From contig NC_068982.1 of NCBI RefSeq assembly GCF_001194135.2, positions 100,449,085 through 100,484,765 on the forward strand: a stretch of DNA of 35,681 nucleotides. Direction: 5' to 3'. The position numbers and the translations under genes were made by a program. How positions within the stretch are numbered: position 1 is the first letter of the stretch; the number at the start of each line of letters is the position of its first letter. Below are positions 1 to 11,670 of this stretch, in pieces. Source of the stretch: Octopus bimaculoides. Its lineage: Eukaryota. The notes below the pieces were generated by a model, which saw nothing but the letters and a program-made list of their open reading frames with translations, was not told where the DNA came from and made no database searches.

Positions 1-49
<49 letters not shown>

Positions 50-91
50 TGTGAGCGTGTGTGCGTGCGTGTATATGTGTGTCTGTGTGTG
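1..91. repeat. (GT)n microsatellite
   Basis: Direct reading: near-perfect GT run that degenerates after about position 46. Confidence 0.95.
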
Positions 92-314
92 AGACTGTGT
101 CCATATTTTTATATATATAGTGGCGGAGTGGCCAGGTTGTTAGCTTACCTGATTGCAAGTGGGCCTCTGTACCATTAGAATCCATATATGTGGGCCCATG
201 TTAGTATCCCCTTAAGTTTGAGATTTTTTATTTACTTCTGGAAGAATGCATTAATCATTTCGGCCTAGATGTGTTTGTAGACAATTGAAAAGAATACTTT
301 TAACNNNNNNNNNN

Positions 315-349
<35 letters not shown>

Positions 350-700
350 TGCACTAGGTTGTATCTACTCCAGGAAAAAGTGATTATCTATTCACATAAG
401 TTGTCTCCCTTAAATCAATGGAATGTAGTTTTTGTTTTTGCATTATTCTGTTCTCATCGCACAAGGTCTTGTGTCCTCGTTAAAAAATTAGATGATCAGT
501 ACACTTCCGGTTCGGCAAAATTTGAAAGCACCCCGCGTTAGCCAGAGGCAGAATATCGTCAACATATATATCGACAAGGGGAAAAACAATGGTCCAAACT
601 TCTAACATGTTTTTGCTGCCGTCGATGCTGTTACTATTGTTGTTGTTACCAAACATATTATCTGCAGTGTTGTGCTTTTTTTATTTTTATGGAAATGTAA

Positions 701-957
701 TTTACTCTTTACTCTTTTACTCTTTTACTTGTTTCAGTCATTTGACTGCGGCCATGCTGGAGCACACCGCCTTTAGTCGAGAAAATCGACCCCAGGACTT
801 ATTCTTTGTAAGCCTAGTACTTATTCTATCGGTCTCTTTTTGCCGAACCGCTCAGTTACGGGGACGTAAACACACCAGCATCGGTTGTCAAGCGATGGTG
901 GGGAGACAAACACAGACACACAAACACAAACACACACGCACACACACACACACACAC
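701..957 (-). mobile_element. tRNA-derived SINE family B, 3' half with (TTACTCT)n tail, running into (CA)n and the gap
   Basis: Reverse complement matches 25740-25945 (gtcatttgactgcggccatgctggagcac / gtgctccagaatggctgcagtcaaaagac). Short tandem tail at 701-729; internal (CA)n at 910-957. Confidence 0.8.
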
Positions 958-1850
958 NNNNNNNNNNNNNNNNNNNNNNNNNNNNNNNNNNNNNNNNNNN
1001 NNNNNNNNNNNNNNNNNNNNNNNNNNNNNNNNNNNNNNNNNNNNNNNNNNNNNNNNNNNNNNNNNNNNNNNNNNNNNNNNNNNNNNNNNNNNNNNNNNNN
1101 NNNNNNNNNNNNNNNNNNNNNNNNNNNNNNNNNNNNNNNNNNNNNNNNNNNNNNNNNNNNNNNNNNNNNNNNNNNNNNNNNNNNNNNNNNNNNNNNNNNN
1201 NNNNNNNNNNNNNNNNNNNNNNNNNNNNNNNNNNNNNNNNNNNNNNNNNNNNNNNNNNNNNNNNNNNNNNNNNNNNNNNNNNNNNNNNNNNNNNNNNNNN
1301 NNNNNNNNNNNNNNNNNNNNNNNNNNNNNNNNNNNNNNNNNNNNNNNNNNNNNNNNNNNNNNNNNNNNNNNNNNNNNNNNNNNNNNNNNNNNNNNNNNNN
1401 NNNNNNNNNNNNNNNNNNNNNNNNNNNNNNNNNNNNNNNNNNNNNNNNNNNNNNNNNNNNNNNNNNNNNNNNNNNNNNNNNNNNNNNNNNNNNNNNNNNN
1501 NNNNNNNNNNNNNNNNNNNNNNNNNNNNNNNNNNNNNNNNNNNNNNNNNNNNNNNNNNNNNNNNNNNNNNNNNNNNNNNNNNNNNNNNNNNNNNNNNNNN
1601 NNNNNNNNNNNNNNNNNNNNNNNNNNNNNNNNNNNNNNNNNNNNNNNNNNNNNNNNNNNNNNNNNNNNNNNNNNNNNNNNNNNNNNNNNNNNNNNNNNNN
1701 NNNNNNNNNNNNNNNNNNNNNNNNNNNNNNNNNNNNNNNNNNNNNNNNNNNNNNNNNNNNNNNNNNNNNNNNNNNNNNNNNNNNNNNNNNNNNNNNNNNN
1801 NNNNNNNNNNNNNNNNNNNNNNNNNNNNNNNNNNNNNNNNNNNNNNNNNN

Positions 1851-2145
1851 ACTTCCCTTAAAATTTGAAATTTTAAGAATTTGATGCCTGAAAACTGTAA
1901 AGGTTGTGTCTATAATAATTGGTGCAGTGATAACTGTAAGTAAAGATGTAGAGAAATGGTTGAAAGAGATCGGTATAATCTGGTTTGTAGAGCTTCGACA
2001 GAAAGCTTGCCTCTTAGGGACAGGAACGATTATCAGGAGAGATTTTAGTACTTGGAAGACTATTGAAAACCTGTGGATACCCAAAGTTACAGGTAGTAAT
2101 CTGCTACCCGCATAAATTCAACCAGGAATAAGAACGAATTAGAAT
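1851..2145 (+). mobile_element. R4/Dong-like non-LTR retrotransposon, 3' fragment A (REL endonuclease C-terminus and 3' UTR)
   Basis: ORF 1906-2115 IIIGAVITVSKDVEKWLKEIGI...QKACLLGTGTIIRR matches the C-terminal pattern of REL-type elements (PVVIGALG...LQKxxLLGTxxILR). An (ATC)/(ATA)n tract follows at about 2146-2222. Confidence 0.8.
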
Positions 2146-2224
2146 CAAATCATCAACATCATCATGAGCATCATCATCATCATCATCATCATTAATCATA
2201 ATAATAATAATGATAATAATGATA

Positions 2225-2436
2225 TTTTCTCCTCTAGGCACAAGGTCCGAAATTTTTGGGGAGGGGGCCGGTCTATTAGATCGACTCCAGTACACAACTG
2301 ATACTTAATTTATCGACCCCGAAAGGATGAAAGGCAAAGTCGACACGGCCGAATTTGAACTCAGAATGTAGCGGCAGACGAAATTCCGCTAAGCATTTCG
2401 CCCGGCGTGCTAACGATTCTGCCAGCACGCCGACTT
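2225..2436 (-). mobile_element. tRNA-derived SINE family A
   Basis: Reverse complement has an A-box-like TGGCAGAATCGTT, B box GAGTTCAAATTC and central GCCTTTCATCCTTTCGGGGTCGATAAATTAAG. More than 10 related copies lie in the window. Confidence 0.85.
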
Positions 2437-2653
2437 CAGGTTTCAAATTTTTTCACAAGGGCAAGCAATTGTGGGGGAAGTGATGAGACGATTAGATCAA
2501 CCTCAGTGTTCGATTGGTATTTATTTTAACGTCTCTGAAAGGATGAAAAGTAAAACCAACCTCGGCGGAATTTGAACTCAAAACGTGAGGACTGACGAAA
2601 TACTGCTAAGCACTTTTCCCGGCGTGCTAACGATTCTATCAGGTCGTCACCTT
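2437..2653 (-). mobile_element. SINE family A, second tandem copy
   Basis: Same motifs (gaaaggatgaaa, atttgaactca, cccggcgtgctaacgattct), directly adjacent to the previous copy; its head abuts (TAA)n. Confidence 0.8.
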
Positions 2654-2679
2654 AATAATAATAATAATGATGGTGGAAG

Positions 2680-3187
2680 TGTTATCATGTACAATGTTTT
2701 GTCTTGGTATAAAAGATGGGCACAGCAAATATTGTGCTCAATACCACAGATTTGCTTGTCAGTTGTTTGACCATAACCAGTTGAGCATGTCCCTTAGTGG
2801 CTGATAACATGTGCATATCTGATCACGAGCAGAAATAGTGGAGGAGCAACATGGTCATGTGTTGAGAGGAATTCTTTGGGGGTTGGATAATTCACCTCTG
2901 GAAACATGGGTGTTTCGTTCAATATCCCTAAACAACCCTCATTTAGAGACCTTTTGAGTGGAATGGGCTACTAGACCTGAAGAAAATTATAACTGGGTCC
3001 CACCTGCAAGGTCATGTGCTGTTAATCCTCATATGAGATCGCCATGTTGCACACATATGGTTGTGATGCATATACTTGGTGTACTCTTATCAGACGGGTA
3101 GTCATGATGGGTATACTGGGCTTCGTATATTTTACCCCAGTGTCACTTTGGTGGCATGCACTGCTCTCTCACTCAATAATAATAATA
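2680..3187 (+). repeat. Unclassified interspersed repeat ending in an (AAT)n tail
   Basis: Non-coding block ending ...ctctctcactc(AAT)4. Single copy in this window; the repeat call rests on the tail and on recalled resemblance to octopus repeats. Confidence 0.35.
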
Positions 3188-4610
3188 GGAATTTGACCTC
3201 CAAAAATATGCAAAAGCTACCTTTATCAGAGGTAAAATGAGAGAAACATCCAACGTTAATTTTCACCAACAGAAAGAGTTAGGACCAACGGAGAGCTACA
3301 AATACCTAGGGGTATTTGAAGGTGATGGAATCAAACATTCAATAAGGGAAAAGATCAGAAAAGAATGTTATTGCAGAGTTAGGGTGACACTCAAGATAGA
3401 GCTGAACGCAAAAAACAAGATCCAAGCGATCAATACTTTAGCCATACCGGTCGTGACTTACAGTTTCAATATCATTAACTGGACAATTACTGAAATATGT
3501 AACCTTGAAAGAAAAATACAAAAATTGTTGATAATGCATAGAAGGCAGATACAGAACAACTTTACCTGCTAAGAAAAGAGAGTGGCCGTGGACTTTTACA
3601 GCTGGAATTAACCATAGAGATTGCTACAATTCACTTAAGCACCTACTTGAAAAACTCTGAAGAATGGATGTTAAAAATTGTCTTAAAGCACGAAATCAAG
3701 AAAACCTTATACTCAGTAACAAAACAGGCAAAGAAATATCTAAATGAATTCCAAATACAACAAATCTCAGAATTAGACTACTGTAAACAAGCACAGAAAA
3801 GGCTAGGCGTATGAAAACCCATACTAAAACTGCTGCCTTAGGTATTCTTACTGATAAATGGCAAGAAAAACCTCTCAATGGCAAATACCCAAAGCGAGCT
3901 AATAATGCCGATGTTGACAAAGCCCTTACCTATCAATGGTTAGTGTCTTCTGGCTTAAAATCAGAGACAGAAGAGTTTATCATAACAGCCCAAGGTCAAT
4001 GCCTACCTACAAGGAGCTACCAGGCCATCATATTAAAGAACGGCAGTAGCCCAACATGTCGTGTATATAAACAACAAAATGAAACCATCGATCATGTTGT
4101 CTCCATGTGCAGTCTTCTTGCGCCTACAGAATATCTCAACAGGCATGATAGAGCAGCACAGTATATCCAGTGGGTAATTTGCAAAAACTTGGACCTACCC
4201 CATGATTAAAATTAGAGGATGGGAAAGCAACGATATTCTGGAATTACGAATTTCTGATTGATAGAGTAATTGAGCATCGCCGAGAGGTCATTGTCGAATC
4301 GAACAAAAAGGACAAATACTGTCAGATCATTGATGTAATCATACCAAATGATATGAAAATTGGGAGTAAATAGGTTGAAAAATCACCAAGAATTGAAAAT
4401 GGAGATGGAAAGACTGGAATGCGAGAGGGTGATGTAAAAGTGATACCAGTTGTAATCGGGACATTAGGCTTAATTCCATTGCAGCTTCAAGACTTCTTTC
4501 AGCAGTTGGGAATACCACGCAAAATTGGTGTCAGACAAAAATCAATCTCGCAAGGTACTGCGAACATTTTAAGGAAAGTATTATCTGTCTAAGGTCCTTC
4601 GGTGCAAAGT
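3188..4610 (+). mobile_element. R4/Dong-like element fragment B (RT C-terminus, CCHC knuckle, REL), 5'-truncated and degraded
   Basis: YKYLGV...NKIQAINTLAIPVVTYSF (3237-3572); KWQEKPLNGKY...GLKSETEEF...CRVYKQQNETIDHVVSMC...RHD (3811-4209, second Cys changed to Tyr); VIPVVIGTLG...GTANILRKVLSV* ending at 4592. Frameshifts and stops are present. Confidence 0.92.
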
Positions 4611-4676
4611 ATAATGATGTTGATGATGGTGGTGGTGATGATGATGATGATGATGACGACGACGATGCTAGTAATA

Positions 4677-5546
4677 AAAATCTCCAAGTTTTTCGGACTG
4701 GTATGGAAAGAGAAAAAATGTGCGGTCAGTTAGCAAGAGATACAAGCTCCAAAACAGATACAGAAGGCTGGTGATTGTGAATTCAGAGAAGTGACCTGAA
4801 GATAGAAACAGAAGCGCTTATATGTGTGACACAAGGACAAGCATTGAGGACACACTATGTGAAGTGCAGAATTGATAACACAACTGAGAATGACAAATGC
4901 AGAATGTGTGGTAAGAAGAGTGAAACACTATGGCACATTGTTAGTGAATGCCCAAAATTGGCCCAACGAGAATACAAAAGATGACATGACAATGTGGTAA
5001 GAATGATCCATTGGAAGCTCTGTTGAAATTATGGCCTAGACAGACCAAAGACGTAGTATGACCAAATCCCAGAGGGAGTTACTGTGAACGAAGATTGTAA
5101 AATTCTGTGGGGTGTAACGATTCAGTGTGACCATCACGTTAGACATCGGAAACCTGGCCCTGTTGTGGTGAACAGAAAAGAAAAAAAATATGCCTGATAA
5201 TCGACATAACACGTCCTGCTAACAACAAGATCAAAAAGAAAGAAAACGAAAAGGTGAACAACTATGATAAATTGAAGTGGGAAATACGCAGGTTGTGGGC
5301 AATAAAGAGAGTGGACGTGATTGGCGCGCTTGGAAGTATCAGCGCTCAACTAACATCATGGTTCAAAAAGATTGGTACAAATGTAAAGATAGAACATCTA
5401 CAAAAATCAGCATTGCGTGGAACTGAAAGAATTCTCCGCAGGGTCTTTGAAGCACGATCAGGAAACAAGTGTTACCTTAGTCTGCTGGCTGTGGGTAGCT
5501 GACAATTTCCACCATGCCCGGAAAAATAAAAGCTGAGAGTTTTCAT
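4677..5546 (+). mobile_element. R4/Dong-like element fragment C (CCHC, REL, 3' UTR), distinct subfamily
   Basis: SDLKIETEALIC...CRMCGKKSETLWHIVSEC (intact CCHC, 4898-4951)...HRKPG...IID...EKVNNYDKLKWEIRRLW...VIGALG...LQKSALRGTERILRRV. In-frame stops; ends at (ATA)n 5548-5560. Confidence 0.92.
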
Positions 5547-5673
5547 GATAATAATAATAAACCACAGCACATACCCAAGGCACACAAAGCTGCGCTTGGT
5601 AGTGTAGTGAAAGCACGTGATGAAAATAAGACTACTGTATAATTAAAATAAAAATAATGATGATAATAATAAT

Positions 5674-5886
5674 CCTTTCTACTATAGGCACAAAGCCTGG
5701 ATTTTGTGGGGAGGGGGACAGTCGATCGCATCGACCTCAGTACTCATCTGGTATTTAATTTATCGACCCCGAAAGGATGTAAGGCAAAGTCGACCTCCGC
5801 TAAATTTAAACTCAGAACGTAGCGGCAGTCGAAATACCACTAAGCATTTCGTCCGGCGTGCTAATGATTCTGCCAACTCGCCACCT

Positions 5887-5887
<1 letters not shown>
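5674..5887 (-). mobile_element. SINE family A
   Basis: Full-length-like copy flanked by (ATA)n on the left and (TAC)n on the right. Confidence 0.85.
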
Positions 5888-5960
<73 letters not shown>

Positions 5961-5975
5961 ATAATAATAATAATA
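5888..5975. repeat. (TAC)n then (TAA)n microsatellite
   Basis: Direct reading. Confidence 0.95.
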
Positions 5976-5977
5976 CT

Positions 5978-6559
5978 AACAATAGCACTCAGATAGCGCA
6001 AACCTCCGTCAAGGCATCACCAACGTCCTTTCAACGATTAGCCAGAGATGATTTTTAAAATGAGAATATCTGAAATAAACTCAACTGCTCTCACAAACGA
6101 GAATACTAAAAATGAACCCGACAGCTCTCAAAGATTAAGTAAAGAAAAAAACAAAAAATCCTCCAAAACAGGAAAATAATCCAAAATCCTTGTCTGGTGC
6201 CTGATCGATTCCAGTGGTGGCCATAGAATATTGAAGGTAGCTGTAGAAAATTTAATAACAGTAATAAATAATTTATTCTTATTTATTACAAGCCAAAGTT
6301 AACAAATTCATAATTCAAAATAGTTACAGCCGAAAGGGAGATAACTGAGAAAAACTTGAAAGTTAACGTAAGATCGTAATCATGTAAAGTGCATATAACA
6401 AATAATCCAGAATCCTTGTCCAGTAGCGGATCGATCCCAAAATCTAATCAGTTCGTGCCAGTCACGAGACCAAACATCCCTGAAAGTTTCATCCGAATTC
6501 ATCCAGCGGTTCTTGAGATATCTTGTCTACGGACAAACTAACATACACGCTAAGGCGGA

Positions 6560-6565
<6 letters not shown>
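5978..6565 (-). mobile_element. Non-autonomous Helentron-associated element (HINE/DINE-1-like)
   Basis: Asymmetric subterminal inverted repeat ACCTCCG (6002-6008) / CGGAGGT (6556-6562). Imperfect terminal hairpin GCACTCAGATAGCGC (5985-5999). Minus-strand 5' end ATTACCTCCGCC followed by tgttagtttgtccgt...gatatctcaagaaccgctggatgaattcggatgaaactt. Both flanks are TT-rich on the minus strand. Confidence 0.7.
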
Positions 6566-6600
<35 letters not shown>

Positions 6601-6627
6601 TGATGATGATAATAATTATAATAATAA

Positions 6628-6840
6628 CGCTTTCAACTTTTGACACAAGTCCGGCAGCTTGGGGGAGGGGATGAGTCGAATACATCGACCCCAGTACTCA
6701 ACTGGAACTTATTTTATCGACTCCGAAAGGATGAAAGGCAAAATTGATCTCGGTGGCATTTGAAATCAGAACGTAAAGACAGACGAAATGCCATTTAGCA
6801 TTTTGTCCGGCATGCCAACAATTTACTGCTACGCCACCTT
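6628..6840 (-). mobile_element. SINE family A
   Basis: Same core motifs; (TAA)n at 6563-6627 and 6841-6952 on either side. Confidence 0.85.
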
Positions 6841-6850
6841 AATAATGAAT

Positions 6851-6913
<63 letters not shown>

Positions 6914-6914
6914 C

Positions 6915-6952
<38 letters not shown>

Positions 6953-9710
6953 CATACAGACGAATACAGATCTGTTAGCCTTAAGAAGCTACGTTACGAG
7001 TGATGTTTTCATTCAGGTAACTCGGAAGCGATATTGTCTCAAAAAGTTAACCCTAAACAGACAGATCCGTCCCTTAATGTCAACATCCAAGCTCGTCATG
7101 CCTCAACGATAACAAAGCAACATACACACCGAATCGGCCGTCATCCAGGTCAACAAGGGTCGCGCCCCCAGTGAGGAACCAGATTGAGTGCGAAAAATCA
7201 GCTACTGGTACAAATCTTCCTGAAACATAGGAGCTGGAAGTACCCCACAGCCGGAATATTCCAACAGATGGCCATCAAATAACCAAAAGAAAAAGAATGA
7301 ATAATGGTGAAGGGGAGATAATAAAGAAGTTCTTGAGGTTTTCTATCGTGCCATGTATTTCCCACAAATAAATCTAATACTGAACAAACCTATATAAACT
7401 GGAGATAGAAGCACCTTGAAGTAAGATCCTACATAGATAGTATCAAACTTGCCAACGTCAGAAGAAGCATTATGAAAAAGAAATTACTAACTGAATTAGA
7501 GATTGACCAAATTAAATAATCAGTAAGGAATAAAAGGAACGAAGTTGCAGTTAAAGAAGATACTACTGAGGAAATAGTTATAGACCAACCCAGATCTGAC
7601 GAAAACGCAGTAATGATAGAAAGGGTCGATGTAACTGATAAGCAAAGTAAAATACTTTCTGAACCAGCCATAAACACCAAGGCAGATGAAAATCAAATAG
7701 ATGAAGAAAATCACACAGAAAATGACCCAACTGAACTAGATGATCTAAAAAAATCAAATCATGATTGAATGGCTGAAAATTAAAGAAACCAGTATGAATG
7801 AACGTGACATTCCTAAAAATTCGCAACCCTAACCAAAAACCTGAAAGTAATTGGTAAGACCCGCCTTGCACTTAAGGATATAATTTCAGCTAATGATGGT
7901 TGATATTACAGATCTCATTCACCGGTACTAAGCATCCGCGAAGATCTCAACGATTCTATGTGGTGAAAAGAATAGAAAACGGCAACATTCTCACAAAAAT
8001 CCAATTTGGCAACAGCGTATTCAACACCAAATTTAGTTACTTTGTCTGACATAGAATGTTTAAAAAATCTTAAGTTTGAAAAGAATATCAAACCAACAAA
8101 AATCCGAAAATTAAAGAAAAAGTATATGAAAACCATACTTGCCCTCGATATCACCATAGAGACTGTCAAGCAGAAGGTATCTGCTAAAGCTGCCCGCATA
8201 GCACGGTATGAAAAGCGCATTAGATTCTTCGAGGACAACAACATGTTAAAAAATAACACGAAATTTTTTTACAGGGAGATAGGGAAAATACCAGTTATAG
8301 CAAAGTCTGTCCCATCAAAAGAAGTGCAGGAATTTTGGAATAAAATTTGGGCAGAAGAAAAAACACAATAAAAGGTCCCTTAGATTGATAAAATATCTAC
8401 TGACTTAGACTCCTTCGAAGAGCAAAAGTGGGCGGGTATCAAGGTAGAGAATGTAAGATCTGCTCTCAAGAAGTCAAGCAAATGGAAGTCTCCAGGAAAG
8501 GATATAATTCTTAACTTCTAGTTGAATACCTTCCCAGAGAGTCATGGACTGCTAACAAAACTTTACAACAATGTTTTGCTGCAACCTAGTTCAATTTTCT
8601 CTTAGTTAATGGTGTTACATTTTTACTTTCAAAAAATGAAGAAACAAATGAATCAAATAATTATAAACCCACAACCTGCTTAATAACAATGTATAAAATG
8701 CTAACATCTGTCTTGACTGAATACTCTTATAGTTTTTTAATAGAAAGTGGTATATTCCCTAATGGGCAAAAAGGATGTAAAGGTGGGCCCTATGGTTGTA
8801 AAGAGCTATTCATCAATAAGATGATGTTGGAAGATTGTCACAAACTACACAAGAACTTGTCGATAGTCTGGGAATTTATGAAATAGCACCTACTTTGCGA
8901 AACTTTTTGTCTGTAAATATGAGATCATGGAGAATCATACTGACTTTGAACAGTGACAATGAATCTCTCAATGCTGGAGATGTAAGAATTTCATGCGGCA
9001 TTTTCCAGGGTGACTCTCTATCATCACTCCTCTTTCATCTAGCCTTAATTACCTCTCTCGAAATTGCTCGATGATATACAATATGGTTATAAAATGCTTG
9101 ATAAAAATATAAATAATCTCCTTTGCATGGATGATTTAAAGCTCTTTGCAAAAAATGACCAACAACTACAGGGCTTACTAGCAATTGTTAAACAATTCGG
9201 TGATGACACCAAGATGCAATTTGGCCTCGATAAATGTGCAAAAGCTTTATCAAAGGAAAAATGATAGAAGTATCCAACGTTAATCTTGACCAACAGAATG
9301 TCATAAAGGAGTTAGAACCAGCGGAGAGCTACAAATACCTAGGGGTATTTNNNNNNNNNNCTTGACCAACAGAATGTCATAAAGGAGTTAGAACCAGCGG
9401 AGAGCTACAAATACCTAGGGGTATTTGAAGGTGATGGAATCAAACATTCAATGATGAGGGAAAGGATCAGAAAAGAATGTTATCGCAGGGTAAGGGCAAT
9501 ACTCAAGATAGAGTCTAAGAAACAGGATCGAAGCGATCAATACGTGACTTACAGTTTCAATTACTGAAATATGTAATTTTGACAAAAAATCCGAAAATTG
9601 TTGACAATGCATTGACTGAACCACCCTAAGGCAGATATAGAACGACTTTACCTGCCAAGAAAAGAGGGTGGCCGTAGACTTTTACAACAAATACAAAGCA
9701 AAAGTCAAAC

Positions 9711-9713
<3 letters not shown>
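6953..9713 (+). mobile_element. R4/Dong-like element D: 5' region, N-terminal domain and RT, internally deleted and defective
   Basis: N-terminal WR*KH...KLANVRRSIMKKKLLTELEIDQIK (about 7395-7515); KQKVSAKAARIARYEKR...FWNKIW (8006-8371); WKSPG; MYKMLT; QKGC...YGCKE; GIFQGDSLS; CMDD at 9124-9135; FGLDKCA; YKYLG; KEGGR. Bounded by (AAT)n on both sides. Confidence 0.92.
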
Positions 9714-9777
<64 letters not shown>

Positions 9778-10420
9778 GAAAACACCGGGGACGTTGACGT
9801 TTAACATGTGAGAGCGATAAAACACTGCTCCGAAATTTATCCAAAAACATCGGAAATAAAGACATCGCATGGAGCCAAAAATAGCTGACAAAGGGTTGGA
9901 CTATATCCAAGTAAGTAATACTCATTGAAATTTATTTCTATTTTCCAAATGAAATAAATAATACTGGTATTATTCAACCCAAGAATAACAATCGGGAAGT
10001 GCGTACTTTAAACTTGTTACACAAAAAGTACGAAAAACTACACGTGCAAAACAATTTGACAACAGAAATGAACGGACCGGTACCCTACGAAAATGATGAC
10101 CGTCAAAAATAAAGAGCTGGACTTGTTCCTCATGTCCCGCAATTAAAACCAAAAAGGCATAAATGGACACGTGAGGAATATATTTCAATCCTACACGCTT
10201 ATTTTACAGCAGTGCTCTACCCAAAGAACGAAAACTCAACAACATATACATATAAAATACGGAAGAAAAATAACCTAAATAAAGGCTTGGATACAGCAAT
10301 GTACCCTAATAAACTAGCTAACATACGAAGATATATTCTCAAAGCAAAAAAAAAATATATATATATATCAGAAATATAAATAGAACAATTAAAAGGAAAA
10401 ATACATCAGGAAATTGTAAG
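9778..10420 (+). mobile_element. R4/Dong-like element E, 5' fragment (N-terminal domain only)
   Basis: Frame from 10143 reads LKPKRHKWTREEYISILHAYFTAVLYP...TYTYKIRKKN...YPNKLANIRRYILKAK, homologous to the N-terminal domain of D (KLAN[VI]RR). The 5' boundary is inferred from the end of (TAA)n. Confidence 0.65.
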
Positions 10421-10974
10421 ATAGTAGCCGTGCATATTTAAGAAAACCATGAAGTTTAACTAGTTGATCAAACTGAGGGTGTTACAAGAATTCTGTTGAA
10501 AAGAAACATATAAAAACAGAAGGTGAAAGAGAAGTAAAAGTCGCTATAAAAAAAACATCAAACTTACTTCTTGAAGATGATCTTACTGGTATTAAAGACA
10601 ACCGCTTTAGTAACTAGCTAAGATACACTGTGAAGTCGTATCTTAGCTAGTCTGATTGAAATATCGCTGCAAACTGTTACATTTAATCGAAGACCAGAAA
10701 AAAAGAAGAATGTTTATGTGATTATGGGTGGAGAGAGTAATAATATAACAGCACGGTCAATATACTATGGCATTAAGGGAAAAACATCGGGTGACATTCA
10801 TTCTTATTTAACAAGTATGGTAGATTATAACTGAAATATTCACGAAACGGCATAATTTTTTTTCCTTTACTGAAGGTGAGACCTACTGTTAAGCAAGTCG
10901 ATTGGACGTTTTCCGTCAAAAGCTTCATGCCTAATTGCTCTTCTAATCGACTAGATGCGAATGGATGTCAAATG

Positions 10975-11107
10975 CATACGTACATACATACACACATACA
11001 TACATACACACGCGCAAACATACATACACACATACATGCATACACACATCCATACATATATATGTATATATATAGCGAGCGAGAGAGAGAGAGAGAGATA
11101 TAAATAG

Positions 11108-11174
<67 letters not shown>

Positions 11175-11215
11175 TGCACATACACACACGCACACGCACA
11201 CAAACACACATACAT
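10975..11215. repeat. Compound microsatellite (TACA)n/(GA)n/(GATA)n/(CA)n
   Basis: Direct reading. Confidence 0.95.
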
Positions 11216-11529
11216 GAGAAATTAAGATAACCACACGTTTATATTATTATGTCATAGATAAGTGAAGGCTGTCGCCGGAAAGCAGCATCGATTGACTTAC
11301 ATAAAAGATGAGTATTTTCTTGCAGAAGACCTGAATTTAAACCCTCCATATATATAAAAGCATTGTCTAGTCTTGAACCCGCAACTTCTGCAGGAATTGT
11401 AGGAGTGCCATCCTGATATGTAGTGTGTCTTAAATCTGACCGAACACGTACATTTCCAGGCCTGTCCTCGCCCATCTTCTTCCAAAGAGAAAAAGAGAGA
11501 GCTAGATAGAGAGAATAATGGAGCTCAGA

Positions 11530-11670
11530 ACTGAACGGGTGCCATATTTACCAATCCAGAAAGGATGAAAGCAAAACTGATTTCACCAGGTTTTGAACTC
11601 AGGTGGTAGATACGCGGAATTAATACTGTAAGGCATATTATCCTATTGTCTAACGACTGTGTCAGTTGGC
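11530..11670 (-). mobile_element. SINE family A, degraded
   Basis: gaaaggatgaaagcaaaactga, ttttgaactcag, ctaacgactgtgtcagttggc. Confidence 0.6.

Noticed and set aside
589-2084. Long ORFs of 327-431 aa in the track (also 14864-15382 and 20393-20977)
   Set aside because: They are open only because they run through N gaps.
9285-9426. Exact 66-bp direct repeat flanking a 10-N gap
   Set aside because: Identical sequence on both sides of a nominal gap is typical of unmerged contig overlap.
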